Shown here in pieces: positions 1-8,216 of a stretch of DNA of 32,000 nucleotides. The DNA is from Microcystis aeruginosa NIES-843 (GTDB lineage Bacteria > Cyanobacteriota > Cyanobacteriia > Cyanobacteriales > Microcystaceae). Position numbers and translations under genes: made by a program. The stretch lies in the NCBI RefSeq assembly GCF_000010625.1, contig NC_010296.1:3750001-3782000 (forward strand), in the 5' to 3' direction. The notes under the pieces are model-generated. The model saw only the letters and a program-made list of their open reading frames with translations. It did no database searches and was not told the DNA's origin. Positions within the stretch are counted from its first letter, which is position 1; each line of letters begins with the position of its first letter.

Positions 1-207
1 CATATAAGTTTCACCGGTGGGTTGAAAATCGCCGGCCACAATTTCGTACATCGAGCCACTGGTGTCAATTAGAAAGACAAAGGTAGTAGAAGGACGGGTT
101 TGAGCGACTTCTTGGGTTGGTCGCAACTTCAGCATAATAAACAGTCGCTGATCTGGAGTATCGGCCGGTAAAAATTCTCGATGGGGGGTAATAGATACGT
201 TAAGCAT
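1..207 (-). CDS. von Willebrand factor type A (vWA) domain protein, N-terminal part only (gene runs off left window edge)
   Basis: Not in the ORF track because it is edge-truncated. The reverse-strand ATG at 207-205 gives MLNVSITPHREFLPADTPDQRLFIMLKLRPTQEVAQTRPSTTFVFLIDTSGSMYEIV. FLIDTSGSM is the vWA MIDAS DxSxS motif. It starts 23 nt downstream of the 231-635 ORF on the same strand. Confidence 0.7.
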   Translation of the reverse strand, partial: MLNVSITPHREFLPADTPDQRLFIMLKLRPTQEVAQTRPSTTFVFLIDTSGSMYEIVAGDFQPTGETYM

Positions 208-230
208 TAAAATTTCCTTCAGAGAATAGG

Positions 231-635
231 TTAAGTGTTGAAAATGTCTTCTAAAGGGGGAAACATTCCCTCCATGGGTTCTATAGCCCCTAAATCGGGG
301 GTAAAAACAGGGGGTAACTCTTGATTTCCTTCGTCTTGGATGTTTTCAAGGTTCGACTCGCTCAGTAGGGGTAAATCTAGGGTCAGGACAGTTTCTCGAT
401 AGCCTTCTCGGATATCTTCGACCCAAGCGGCGATAATTTGATTGAGACGGTGATCGTTGATAGAGCATGAGCTTCTTGCTTGAAAATGTTTTCGGATTGC
501 TTGGCGAATTTCCTTGGTGAAGATAGTTTCAGGATTATTTTCCTGATCGGCGGTTAGATCTAGAGGATAATCATATCTTTCTGGCGAATTTTTCAGGTTA
601 AGAAAGAATTTATAGACTACCATTTGGGCAACCAA
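231..635 (-). CDS. hypothetical acidic protein, middle gene of the vWA operon
   Basis: 134-aa ORF tightly packed between two vWA genes, with gaps of about 8-20 nt and 23 nt. The track start at 635 is TTG, and an ATG at 623 is the likelier start. I recognise no domain. The C-terminus is acidic and Pro-rich. Confidence 0.45.
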   Translation of the reverse strand: MVAQMVVYKFFLNLKNSPERYDYPLDLTADQENNPETIFTKEIRQAIRKHFQARSSCSINDHRLNQIIAAWVEDIREGYRETVLTLDLPLLSESNLENIQDEGNQELPPVFTPDLGAIEPMEGMFPPLEDIFNT

Positions 636-642
636 AATAAGA

Positions 643-2817
643 TTAATGAGTTGATATTATTCGATTGGACGGTTCGGGCGATGTTTTTACCTCCAGCGTA
701 ATCTGTCCAAATTTCCGGCGATCACCATCCTTTAATTGATGCTCTAGTTTTTTCATCCCCTTGGCTTGTCCATAGGACGAGTTATACTGCATGATAATGT
801 TTTCCCCTTTTTGAAAAACCTGAGCCGTGATCGGGGCATAACCCTGTTTTTTGGGTAAGTAAATATTGGCTTCCGAGGAACTGCCCAAAATGATCGGGCG
901 AGAGCCTAATAAAAATTCTCGTTGTTCCGTAGGACTCCAATGCACGATCAGTTTAGCTTGTCGAGTCAGCAGTTCCAAAAGAGCGATCATCATGCCAATA
1001 CAAAAACCCAAAATCGCTGAACCCGCTAAACGTCCGGCCATCTCATTACTCGCTCCAGCTTGCAAAACAAAACCCATTCCTCCCATCGCGCCACCGAGAA
1101 ACCCGCCCAATACCGCCCTGCCGATTTTCAGATTGGGGACAAAACGAGCCATGCCGCCGCCAAGCATTGTCCCTAAAATCGTCCAACCCAGAAGTGGCCC
1201 CCCTGGGGCAAGGGTGGGAATGCTTTGAATGAGAAAACGAGAGACAAGGAGTCCTGAGCTACCGGCAACCAATCCAGCAACGATTCCCCCCACTGTACCG
1301 ATGCTTGTCTCGCCCAGGGAAAGAAGGCGGCGGCGACGTTGATAGAGGTTCTGCCCGACAATTAACGCTAAAGAAGCACCCACAGACAGGATAGCCGTCC
1401 AGCCACCCGTCCGCAAGGCATCATAGATAAATCTAAATTGAGGGGTTTGCAGTTGATTTTTAGGAAGAGATTGGCTCAGTAAAGTGTATAAAATTCCTTG
1501 ATTTTGCTTTTGTTCTCCGATCAGCTGCGAATCATAGATGAGTTTTGCCGCAGATTGAAAGGCTTGGTCAAATTCTCCGGAATTAGCATAGAAGACTTTT
1601 TTATCTTCTCCCGTCAGTTGAGTCAGAAAGTTTTGATCGGCATCTCCTGTTCCGACGGCAATAATATTGATTTTTTGGCTCAGAGCAGTTTGACCGATGT
1701 TTAGGGTCGCCTCTACAATCGGTTGGCGATCTTCTTCTTTCAGGGTTGTTTCAGCGATGGCTTTACCGATGGTGGGGAGTACACTTTCAAATCCTTGTCG
1801 TCCTGCGGCGGTTTCACCGAGTAAGAAGGTTTCTCCAGGTGCGGAGAGTTGCAGTTGTTCAAAAGTAGCGCGATCATCAGGTTGAATGACTAAGTGCAGT
1901 TGAGCAATTTGATTTTCCTTTAAAACATTAGTGGTTGCTTCTAAAGAAGGAATTTCTCGATCGGGTATTAAAGGAGGAGCATCAGTAATCAGCAGTATGA
2001 CTTTGGTTGCATGGGAACGGAAAGGCTGACGGGCAGCTAATGCCAGAGCATCTAAGCTACTTTCTGGCGGATCATTGCCGTTAACCTGTTGAATGCTGCC
2101 GATTTGCTCACTAAAGCGATCGCTATCAGGGGTAAATACAGAACCATCAAAATTGAGAATTTGCGGCTCTTCGCCAAATAAGCGATCGCCAAAAGCGATT
2201 AGGCCTATTTGAGCATCAAGTTTCCGTTTTTTGAGTTCTTGGGCAAAGTTTTGGATGCCTTGTTGTACTCCGGCGATCTCCTCATTCATACTGCTAGTAA
2301 CGTCGAGAACAATCATAATATCAATTTGTTCTGGAGAAGGAGCCGGGGCGGGTTGTCCATCTGTAAACAGCAAGATATGACGATCGGAGCTGCTAGACTC
2401 TAGTTGCTCAATCGCCGTTGCCAGTCCTAAATCCATTCTTGTCCCCCCACCATCAGATAAATTGTCAATGGCTTGATTGAGGGTGGCTAAATCGGAGGTT
2501 AGTCCTGTGCCAATTTGAACCTGACTGCCGAAACCGACCACCGCGAAGCGATTAACCGAGGGGTCCTGTCGCTCGATAAAGGCTTTAGCGGCATTTTTCG
2601 CCTCTTGTAATTTATTGTCATCGTTCATGCTGCCGGAGGTATCAATCAACATTACGACAGATTGAGGATTCTGTTCGACAATCGGCGGACGTTCAGTCAC
2701 CGTGAGAAAAACCTCTCCTAGTGCGATCGCCGCTACCAAACATCCTCCCGCACCACATAATCCAAAAATTAGGAGTTTTCTGAGATTTCGCCTGATCTGG
2801 CCGAATAAGTTCTGCAT
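643..2817 (-). CDS. membrane protein: signal anchor, vWA domain carrying a second vWA-like insert, five Gly-rich TM segments, C-terminal FHA-like domain
   Basis: 724-aa ORF. The N-terminal anchor is RRNLRKLLIFGLCGAGGCLVAAIALG. vWA motifs are VVMLIDTSGSM, GGGTRMD and ILLFTDG. A second vWA-like unit follows (IMIVLDVTSSM, PESSLDAL, ILLITDAPP), then INIIAVGTGDADQNFLTQL, which reads as vWA C-terminal strands. Hydrophobic Gly-rich segments lie at aa ~472-617. The last ~90 aa are FHA-like (ILGSSSEANIYLP...ITAQVF...LKDGDRRKFGQITLEV). Confidence 0.85.
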   Translation of the reverse strand: MQNLFGQIRRNLRKLLIFGLCGAGGCLVAAIALGEVFLTVTERPPIVEQNPQSVVMLIDTSGSMNDDNKLQEAKNAAKAFIERQDPSVNRFAVVGFGSQVQIGTGLTSDLATLNQAIDNLSDGGGTRMDLGLATAIEQLESSSSDRHILLFTDGQPAPAPSPEQIDIMIVLDVTSSMNEEIAGVQQGIQNFAQELKKRKLDAQIGLIAFGDRLFGEEPQILNFDGSVFTPDSDRFSEQIGSIQQVNGNDPPESSLDALALAARQPFRSHATKVILLITDAPPLIPDREIPSLEATTNVLKENQIAQLHLVIQPDDRATFEQLQLSAPGETFLLGETAAGRQGFESVLPTIGKAIAETTLKEEDRQPIVEATLNIGQTALSQKINIIAVGTGDADQNFLTQLTGEDKKVFYANSGEFDQAFQSAAKLIYDSQLIGEQKQNQGILYTLLSQSLPKNQLQTPQFRFIYDALRTGGWTAILSVGASLALIVGQNLYQRRRRLLSLGETSIGTVGGIVAGLVAGSSGLLVSRFLIQSIPTLAPGGPLLGWTILGTMLGGGMARFVPNLKIGRAVLGGFLGGAMGGMGFVLQAGASNEMAGRLAGSAILGFCIGMMIALLELLTRQAKLIVHWSPTEQREFLLGSRPIILGSSSEANIYLPKKQGYAPITAQVFQKGENIIMQYNSSYGQAKGMKKLEHQLKDGDRRKFGQITLEVKTSPEPSNRIISTH

Positions 2818-2820
2818 TTT

Positions 2821-2870
2821 AATTTCGGGGGACTATATTATCTATTCGCCAGAAGACCTGTGATTTATGC
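2821..2870 (-). promoter_or_regulatory. putative promoter/operator of the vWA-FHA gene (copy A of a duplicated upstream block)
   Basis: The 20-bp block agaagacctgtgatttatgc (2851-2870) and tatattat (2834-2841) recur at the same distance from the ATG of the 5157-5381 ORF. On the sense strand an ATAATATA -10-like box lies ~20 nt upstream of the ATG. Confidence 0.35.
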
Positions 2871-2922
2871 CAAAGCTGTCACAAAAGTACACAAAAAAAG
2901 GCATTGCTGAATAAACAGTCAA

Positions 2923-5115
2923 TTAGCGAGTAAATTGTTCAACCTCTACAGGGATTTGTGTTTCTAAACTACTCTTAATTGAGCTTTTTAAAGTAATCAG
3001 TTTTTCGTAACTATTAGTGATCGTAGTTTGTTTAGTAACTTCAGAAGCAATAGCCTCATCAAGCTTGATAGTTTGGGCAATTTGACTGGATATTTCATCT
3101 TGGCAATCATTAAATAGTTCCAGTAACTTTTCTTCCAAATATTCTGCATGATTTTTCAGGCTATACCAAATATTTGTGTTCAACTCTTTGACAAGTTTTT
3201 TTGTGCATTCTTCCAGTTTATCTTTATACATTTTTAGGGCTTGATCTAAACGCTCAGAAAATGTCTGACCACTACAGTCTTTGAGACTCAATCCAATCGT
3301 CTCAAGCTCGTCTCCATACTGATAGAATAAAGCATCAGCTAGACCACTTAATCTCATCGAAATATCTCGTTCACAAAGGTTATCTTCTAGTTTTTTTAAC
3401 ACTTCTTCGGGTAAATAACTTAGGTTAATGGTTTGTAAATCACTGAGAAGTGTACTTAATCGCTGGGTAAAAGGAATATCGACTACCGATATTAATTTTT
3501 TTCTCATCGATGAAGTCAGTTTGATTTTTTCAGTTACAAAATTAGGTAATCTAGATATATGACCATTAATATCTAGTCCTTCACTCAGATAATTTTTCAG
3601 TTCTTTTTTATCTATTTGCATTATTTTTTTGTCAAGTTCTCGAATCACTTCATGGGTGTCAGACTCTTTCCAAAATTGACTATCTTCGTGCGTGCGAATT
3701 TGTTGGGAAAATTCTTTAACTTTTTTCTTCAACTGATCTATAAAAAACCGAGATTGTGAACTAACAGCACGTATTTTCATGTCATCTTGAGGATTGGAGA
3801 TTTGACTATATTGATGATAGGGTTCTTTCAACAATCGCTCTAATTTACGGATAATCTCCAGAAGTTCTTTTCTCGCATCTGCAATAAACTCATCTTTTGC
3901 CTCTTTATTCAAATATTTATATAGAGATTCAAGGAATTGAGAAAAGAGAACAATATCCGGATGATGAAGGAGCAAGTCTTTAGCTTGATCCTTAGAAGGC
4001 TCGTTTTCTAAGCCAATTTTTTTCAAATTGTCAAGATGTCCTCGTAATTTTTGACTTTGGTTAATTGTTCCTTGAGCAATTGTCTTTAACAATAAATAGT
4101 TGAGGGCAGAAGTCTGAAATTTCCGCTCTTCCTTAATGGTAAAATTATAGTCGCCAACCCGTTGATTAAAGCTATTAATAGCTTCTAGTTTGTGAGTATT
4201 ATCCGGTAAATCCCATTGATTAATAACCCAAAATGCCCTTTGAATAATCGTTGGATTCTTCTTATTGATTTCAGCTAAAAATTCTATTTCTTTCCCTTGA
4301 AGAACATTGAAAGGGTTGATACAAACGACAAAAGCTTTTGCTTTCTCTTTGATGTAGTCTTGAGTAAATTCTTCATGGCGTTTATTGTCCACCCCTAGTC
4401 CTGGTAAATCAACCAATACAATGCCGTCCGCAATATTCAAATTTTCTACAAACACTTCAATTTTATCAACATAAATTGCTCCTTCATAGCCTTCTACATA
4501 GTTGCCAAGTTCTGATAGTTGAATTTCTTTTCTTCCTTGATAATTGGAATTTGGATTTGTCAAATTTCTTACAAGCAATCTACTTTTGCCTAAAGCTTGT
4601 TGATCGATAGAACTTCCAGTTTCTGTTTCATATTGTTTAATGGCTTCCTCAATGCTTTGAAAGTGTCTTCCCAGAGGTTCATGAGATTCATTTGACAAAT
4701 TTTTACCAATTTTGTGACCAATTTCAGTTATAAAACTATCGTAAAGTATCCTTTGCGCTTTGTCATCCATAAAGTAAATAAAGGCTTGATCTTTTTCTCC
4801 TTTTTTAACGATAGTGGGAAATGCAGTGGTTGATGTATTGGCTTCAGGGAGAATTTCTCGTCCTAAAATTCCATTAATTATTGTTGATTTTCCCGCCGAA
4901 TAAGAACCGAGAAAAGCGACATGAAATTCTGTTTGTTTCAACTTACTAATCCAGTCTTTTCGTTTTTCAATTGAGGATTTCTCCGTGTCTTTAATAGGTA
5001 GATAAGGAAAAACACTCTCATAAATAGCGAAGTAATCCTGAAACTGTTGAATAGTGGATTGAATTTTTTGAGAATTATCCGGAATTTGTTGTGAGTGGTT
5101 ATTGTGCATGATCAT
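2923..5115 (-). CDS. dynamin-family (bacterial dynamin-like) GTPase
   Basis: 730-aa ORF. GTPase motifs occur in dynamin order: G1 P-loop GSYSAGKST, G3 VLVDLPGLG (DxxG), G4-like VINQWD. A long K/E/L-rich helical C-terminal two-thirds follows. The gene is markedly AT-rich compared with its neighbours. Confidence 0.85.
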   Translation of the reverse strand: MIMHNNHSQQIPDNSQKIQSTIQQFQDYFAIYESVFPYLPIKDTEKSSIEKRKDWISKLKQTEFHVAFLGSYSAGKSTIINGILGREILPEANTSTTAFPTIVKKGEKDQAFIYFMDDKAQRILYDSFITEIGHKIGKNLSNESHEPLGRHFQSIEEAIKQYETETGSSIDQQALGKSRLLVRNLTNPNSNYQGRKEIQLSELGNYVEGYEGAIYVDKIEVFVENLNIADGIVLVDLPGLGVDNKRHEEFTQDYIKEKAKAFVVCINPFNVLQGKEIEFLAEINKKNPTIIQRAFWVINQWDLPDNTHKLEAINSFNQRVGDYNFTIKEERKFQTSALNYLLLKTIAQGTINQSQKLRGHLDNLKKIGLENEPSKDQAKDLLLHHPDIVLFSQFLESLYKYLNKEAKDEFIADARKELLEIIRKLERLLKEPYHQYSQISNPQDDMKIRAVSSQSRFFIDQLKKKVKEFSQQIRTHEDSQFWKESDTHEVIRELDKKIMQIDKKELKNYLSEGLDINGHISRLPNFVTEKIKLTSSMRKKLISVVDIPFTQRLSTLLSDLQTINLSYLPEEVLKKLEDNLCERDISMRLSGLADALFYQYGDELETIGLSLKDCSGQTFSERLDQALKMYKDKLEECTKKLVKELNTNIWYSLKNHAEYLEEKLLELFNDCQDEISSQIAQTIKLDEAIASEVTKQTTITNSYEKLITLKSSIKSSLETQIPVEVEQFTR

Positions 5116-5156
5116 AATGGCAGTCCTCGGAATGATTAATTGTTATATTGGAGTCA

Positions 5157-5381
5157 TCAAAACTGTGGCATTGAGATACAGAGTTTATCCGATAGATGAG
5201 GTAAGTTTTTGCAACTGAAATCCTTACTTCGGCAGGGTTTAATGTATACTTCACCTTTACGAGAAACGCTGTAAACTTCACTCAGTGCGATCTCTGTCAC
5301 CAGACATCCTGCTGCGCCAAATAATCCAAAGATTAGCGGTTTTTTGCGGTTTCGCCTTAGCTGTCTCAATAAGTTCTGCAT
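5157..5381 (-). CDS. small membrane-anchor ORF paralogous to the N-terminus of the 643-2817 product (possible leader gene or gene remnant)
   Basis: MQNLLRQLRRNRKKPLIFGLFGAAGCLVTEIALSEV aligns with MQNLFGQIRRNLRKLLIFGLCGAGGCLVAAIALGEV. Similarity ends after the anchor and no vWA domain follows. The ORF stops 41 nt upstream of the dynamin-like gene. Confidence 0.35.
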   Translation of the reverse strand: MQNLLRQLRRNRKKPLIFGLFGAAGCLVTEIALSEVYSVSRKGEVYIKPCRSKDFSCKNLPHLSDKLCISMPQF

Positions 5382-5384
5382 TTT

Positions 5385-5434
5385 GGTTTTGGAGGTGTAT
5401 ATTATATTTTCGTTAGAAGACCTGTGATTTATGC
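5385..5434 (-). promoter_or_regulatory. putative promoter/operator (copy B of the duplicated upstream block)
   Basis: agaagacctgtgatttatgc at 5415-5434 and tatattat at 5398-5405 sit at the same offsets from the ATG at 5381 as copy A does from the ATG at 2817. The sense strand reads AATATAATATAC. Confidence 0.35.
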
Positions 5435-5756
5435 AGAAGTGTTAAAAATTCCGATAGGAATAAGTTATCAGTCATTCTGACTTTTCCCGTTATCTTTTTA
5501 GTTGAGCGATCCTTTGATTTCCCCCTATCTCGAAGTCCTCTTCTCTCGTCGCTTATTGTCATTAAGACTAGCTTATTGAAAACTGTGGAGAGCTTGAAAC
5601 CCTGATTATGTCATCGTTTTCAGACTTAGCGGGAAAAGTAAGATCGGTCATTGACTTGGCATCGACAAAAGGCTTACCTGCTCTACCTTCTGCCCTTTTT
5701 TAACTTCATCGAACTCACGTTGTCCCCCTGTCAGCTTTCACCGATATTCAGCAAAC

Positions 5757-5947
5757 CCTAGTGGGACTTAGACAAAAAACAAATCGATAAAAGCCTCAAC
5801 TCCAATCCCCGCTTGGGATTTACTTCGAGAAGCCCAAAATCGCTGAAACCCAGATAGATCAAGGAAAATCATAAATCGAGGTTAACCCTTTGTCCCGTAA
5901 TGGTTTGAGCCTTTTTTGCTGACCGAAAACGCCTAAGTCCCACTAGG
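5757..5947. mobile_element. MITE-like element with 15-bp perfect terminal inverted repeats
   Basis: cctagtgggacttag at 5757-5771 and its exact reverse complement ctaagtcccactagg at 5933-5947 bracket ~160 bp of non-coding sequence in a ~580-bp intergenic gap. I could not identify a clear target duplication. Confidence 0.5.
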
Positions 5948-5964
5948 TAAAAAAAATATTTTTT

Positions 5965-6459
5965 TCAATCAACAATCTCGAATTCTATTAACTGCTCTTG
6001 GGCAAAATTATAGGTAAAATGATCGACAATATTAGTATCGCTCAATTCGAGATTATAAAAATTGATCGCCGGTTGATCAAAAAGTGGGCCAGCGTGCCAA
6101 GTTCCCACCTCTAATTTAATAAAACAGTCCCCGGGGATGCGAAAAACCTTTAGTTTTTCCAAATCCGGTTGAGGATAAGGACTAGGGGGGGCCACTCCTA
6201 AAAACCACTCTTGTCCCCCCAAAGAACCAAGACATTGGGTACATTGACTATGACGAGTAATTCGCTTAAATTTACGTCCGCGAGTCTGTAAACGCATAAT
6301 ATAAAAGCGTGGCACACCGTTTTTTAAATGCAGTTGTGCATCGCTTTCATCAAACGGTTTTCCATCATGACTAGGGATTATTAATTGACCGTAGGGACGG
6401 AAACTCTCGGCGGTAATTAGTTGCGCTGACAGGGGACGAACGGTAATCGAATTACTCAT
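5965..6459 (-). CDS. ureidoglycolate lyase/hydrolase (AllA)-family cupin-like protein
   Basis: 164-aa ORF. Blocks ESFRPYGQLI, RHSQCTQ and GTWHAGPLF parallel the AllA family pattern as I remember it. It starts 5 nt after the stop of the upstream adaptor gene. Confidence 0.55.
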   Translation of the reverse strand: MSNSITVRPLSAQLITAESFRPYGQLIIPSHDGKPFDESDAQLHLKNGVPRFYIMRLQTRGRKFKRITRHSQCTQCLGSLGGQEWFLGVAPPSPYPQPDLEKLKVFRIPGDCFIKLEVGTWHAGPLFDQPAINFYNLELSDTNIVDHFTYNFAQEQLIEFEIVD

Positions 6460-6464
6460 AAAAA

Positions 6465-7922
6465 TTACTGCTGACTAACAGTTATAGCTGTACCATCTCG
6501 GAGAGAAAGAATATTATTAATAGCAATTCTTTCCCCGGCATTTACTCCAGAAATAACCTGATAAGCTTGCCCTTGAATTGTGCCGACTTGAATTGGTTTT
6601 TGTCTGACCACTAAACGCTCCTTGGCATTTTCTTGACCTTCTTTAGCCTTTTCTTTTTCGGCCACAAAAACAAAATTTTGCGCTCCGATGCTAGTCACTG
6701 CCGTGGTGGGAACTAATACCCCCGGTTTTTGATCCCAAATTAACCGCGTCCGCACATATTGGTTATTGCGAAGACTGCCATCATTAGTAAAGGCAAATTT
6801 CACTAAAACCGATTGGGTAGCTTGGGAAACGGTGGGGGAAATAAAAGTTACTTGACCGCGAACGCCCGGGCTGCCATCGGGATTAATAATTTCCACGGGC
6901 AAACCGACGCGCAGACGCGGTTGTAATTCCACGGGAATCTGCACATTTAGTTCCAAAGTTTTATTGTTAGTCAACGAGGTTAATTCTTCACCCAGGGAGA
7001 TAATATCGCCGACTTTTCTTTGATTAAAATCGCCGACAAAACCATCAATCGGGGCGGTAATGGTGTTAAAAACTAAATTCTGGCGCGTCGCCCCTAATTG
7101 CCCCTCGGCACTGGCTACCGCCGCTTGACGACTGTTCACTGTTGCTGCTGCTGCCGCCACCTGTTGCCGTGAGGCTAATTCGTTTTGAATGGCGATATTT
7201 AATGCTTCTTGGTTTGCCTGTAAGGTAGCTCTAGCCGCCGTCACCTGTTGACGGGCCGCATCACGATTTTGAGACCGGGCTTCTACTTCTGCCTTGGCGG
7301 CCTGAATGTCGCGGCGGCGATCATCTAAGTCCTGTTGGGGCTGTGCGCCTTGTTTGACCAGAAATTCGGCTCTTTTTAGGTTTTTTTCCGCTAAATCTAA
7401 ATTAGCTCTCGCTCTCTGTAAATCAGCTTCGGCGGCGCTCAAGGTGGCGATCTGACTTTTAACATTAGCTTCCGCATTGGCCACATTTGCCCGATTCTGG
7501 GCAATTTGGGCTTTATTTGCCCTCGCTTGCGCTTGTCTTTGCCTTAAATCCGCCTCAGACGCATTGAGGTTCGCTTTGGCCGAATTTACCTGGCCGATGC
7601 CGGCGTTTACCTGTTGCTGTTGTTGTTCGGGATCCAATTCGGCGATTTTTTGTCCCTGAGTTACCTGATCGCCAGATTTAACGAAAATAGTCCGAATCCG
7701 ACCGGTAATCTGAGGGGAGACGCTAACACGCTCTTGGGCGATCAAAGTACCCACAAATTCGCTACTTTGCACTAATTTGTCGGTGCCGAGGGTTTGCAGT
7801 TTGACGGGAACAGCCGCCGGTCCAGTGGCTTGGGGGGTTTGGGGGGCGCAACCAGTGATAATTAGGGAAACGGCGATCGACGAACCGATCGCTCTCGATA
7901 CGTTAACGGATCGTTTAATCAT
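6465..7922 (-). CDS. efflux transporter periplasmic adaptor (membrane fusion protein, HlyD/RND-adaptor family)
   Basis: 485-aa ORF. It has a lipoprotein-type signal (LIITGC). Lipoyl-hairpin halves (VSPQITGRIRTIFVKSGDQVTQGQKIAELD and ITAPIDGFVGD) flank a long Q/A-rich coiled coil, followed by a beta-barrel-like C-terminus. Confidence 0.85.
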   Translation of the reverse strand: MIKRSVNVSRAIGSSIAVSLIITGCAPQTPQATGPAAVPVKLQTLGTDKLVQSSEFVGTLIAQERVSVSPQITGRIRTIFVKSGDQVTQGQKIAELDPEQQQQQVNAGIGQVNSAKANLNASEADLRQRQAQARANKAQIAQNRANVANAEANVKSQIATLSAAEADLQRARANLDLAEKNLKRAEFLVKQGAQPQQDLDDRRRDIQAAKAEVEARSQNRDAARQQVTAARATLQANQEALNIAIQNELASRQQVAAAAATVNSRQAAVASAEGQLGATRQNLVFNTITAPIDGFVGDFNQRKVGDIISLGEELTSLTNNKTLELNVQIPVELQPRLRVGLPVEIINPDGSPGVRGQVTFISPTVSQATQSVLVKFAFTNDGSLRNNQYVRTRLIWDQKPGVLVPTTAVTSIGAQNFVFVAEKEKAKEGQENAKERLVVRQKPIQVGTIQGQAYQVISGVNAGERIAINNILSLRDGTAITVSQQ

Positions 7923-8151
7923 TGTTAAATTTACGGGTTTTTAGCAGAAAAAGTGCTAGTAAATCGGAAAAAAAGGGAAGATGAGGAGAGAAGCTTTTCC
8001 TTAAATTTTACTCTACAGAATTGATCAGCGTGATTATTAAACCTCTGGCATAATTAATTTTTGAGGGTTCAAAAACGGCAAAAATAAGGATTAAATTGCC
8101 TAAAATCCGTAAATAGACTATTTAATTGATTATTGTTCATTCTTAATTCTC

Positions 8152-8178
8152 CTGACTACTGACTACTGACTACTGACT
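8152..8178. repeat. heptanucleotide tandem repeat (CTGACTA) x ~3.9
   Basis: ctgacta ctgacta ctgacta ctgact, read directly, in the intergenic region downstream of the GUN4-domain gene. It resembles the cyanobacterial STRR class of heptamer repeats. Confidence 0.8.
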
Positions 8179-8216
8179 CCTAACCCTAACAACAATTTTT
8201 GATTTTTACAAGAGGT

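Noticed and set aside
866-2403. Plus-strand ORFs 866-1228, 1498-1704, 1697-1885, 2209-2403 and minus-strand ORF 1173-1361
   Set aside because: All lie inside the well-supported 643-2817 gene, antisense or in alternate frames. Their translations are low-complexity or Pro/Arg-rich shadow ORFs.
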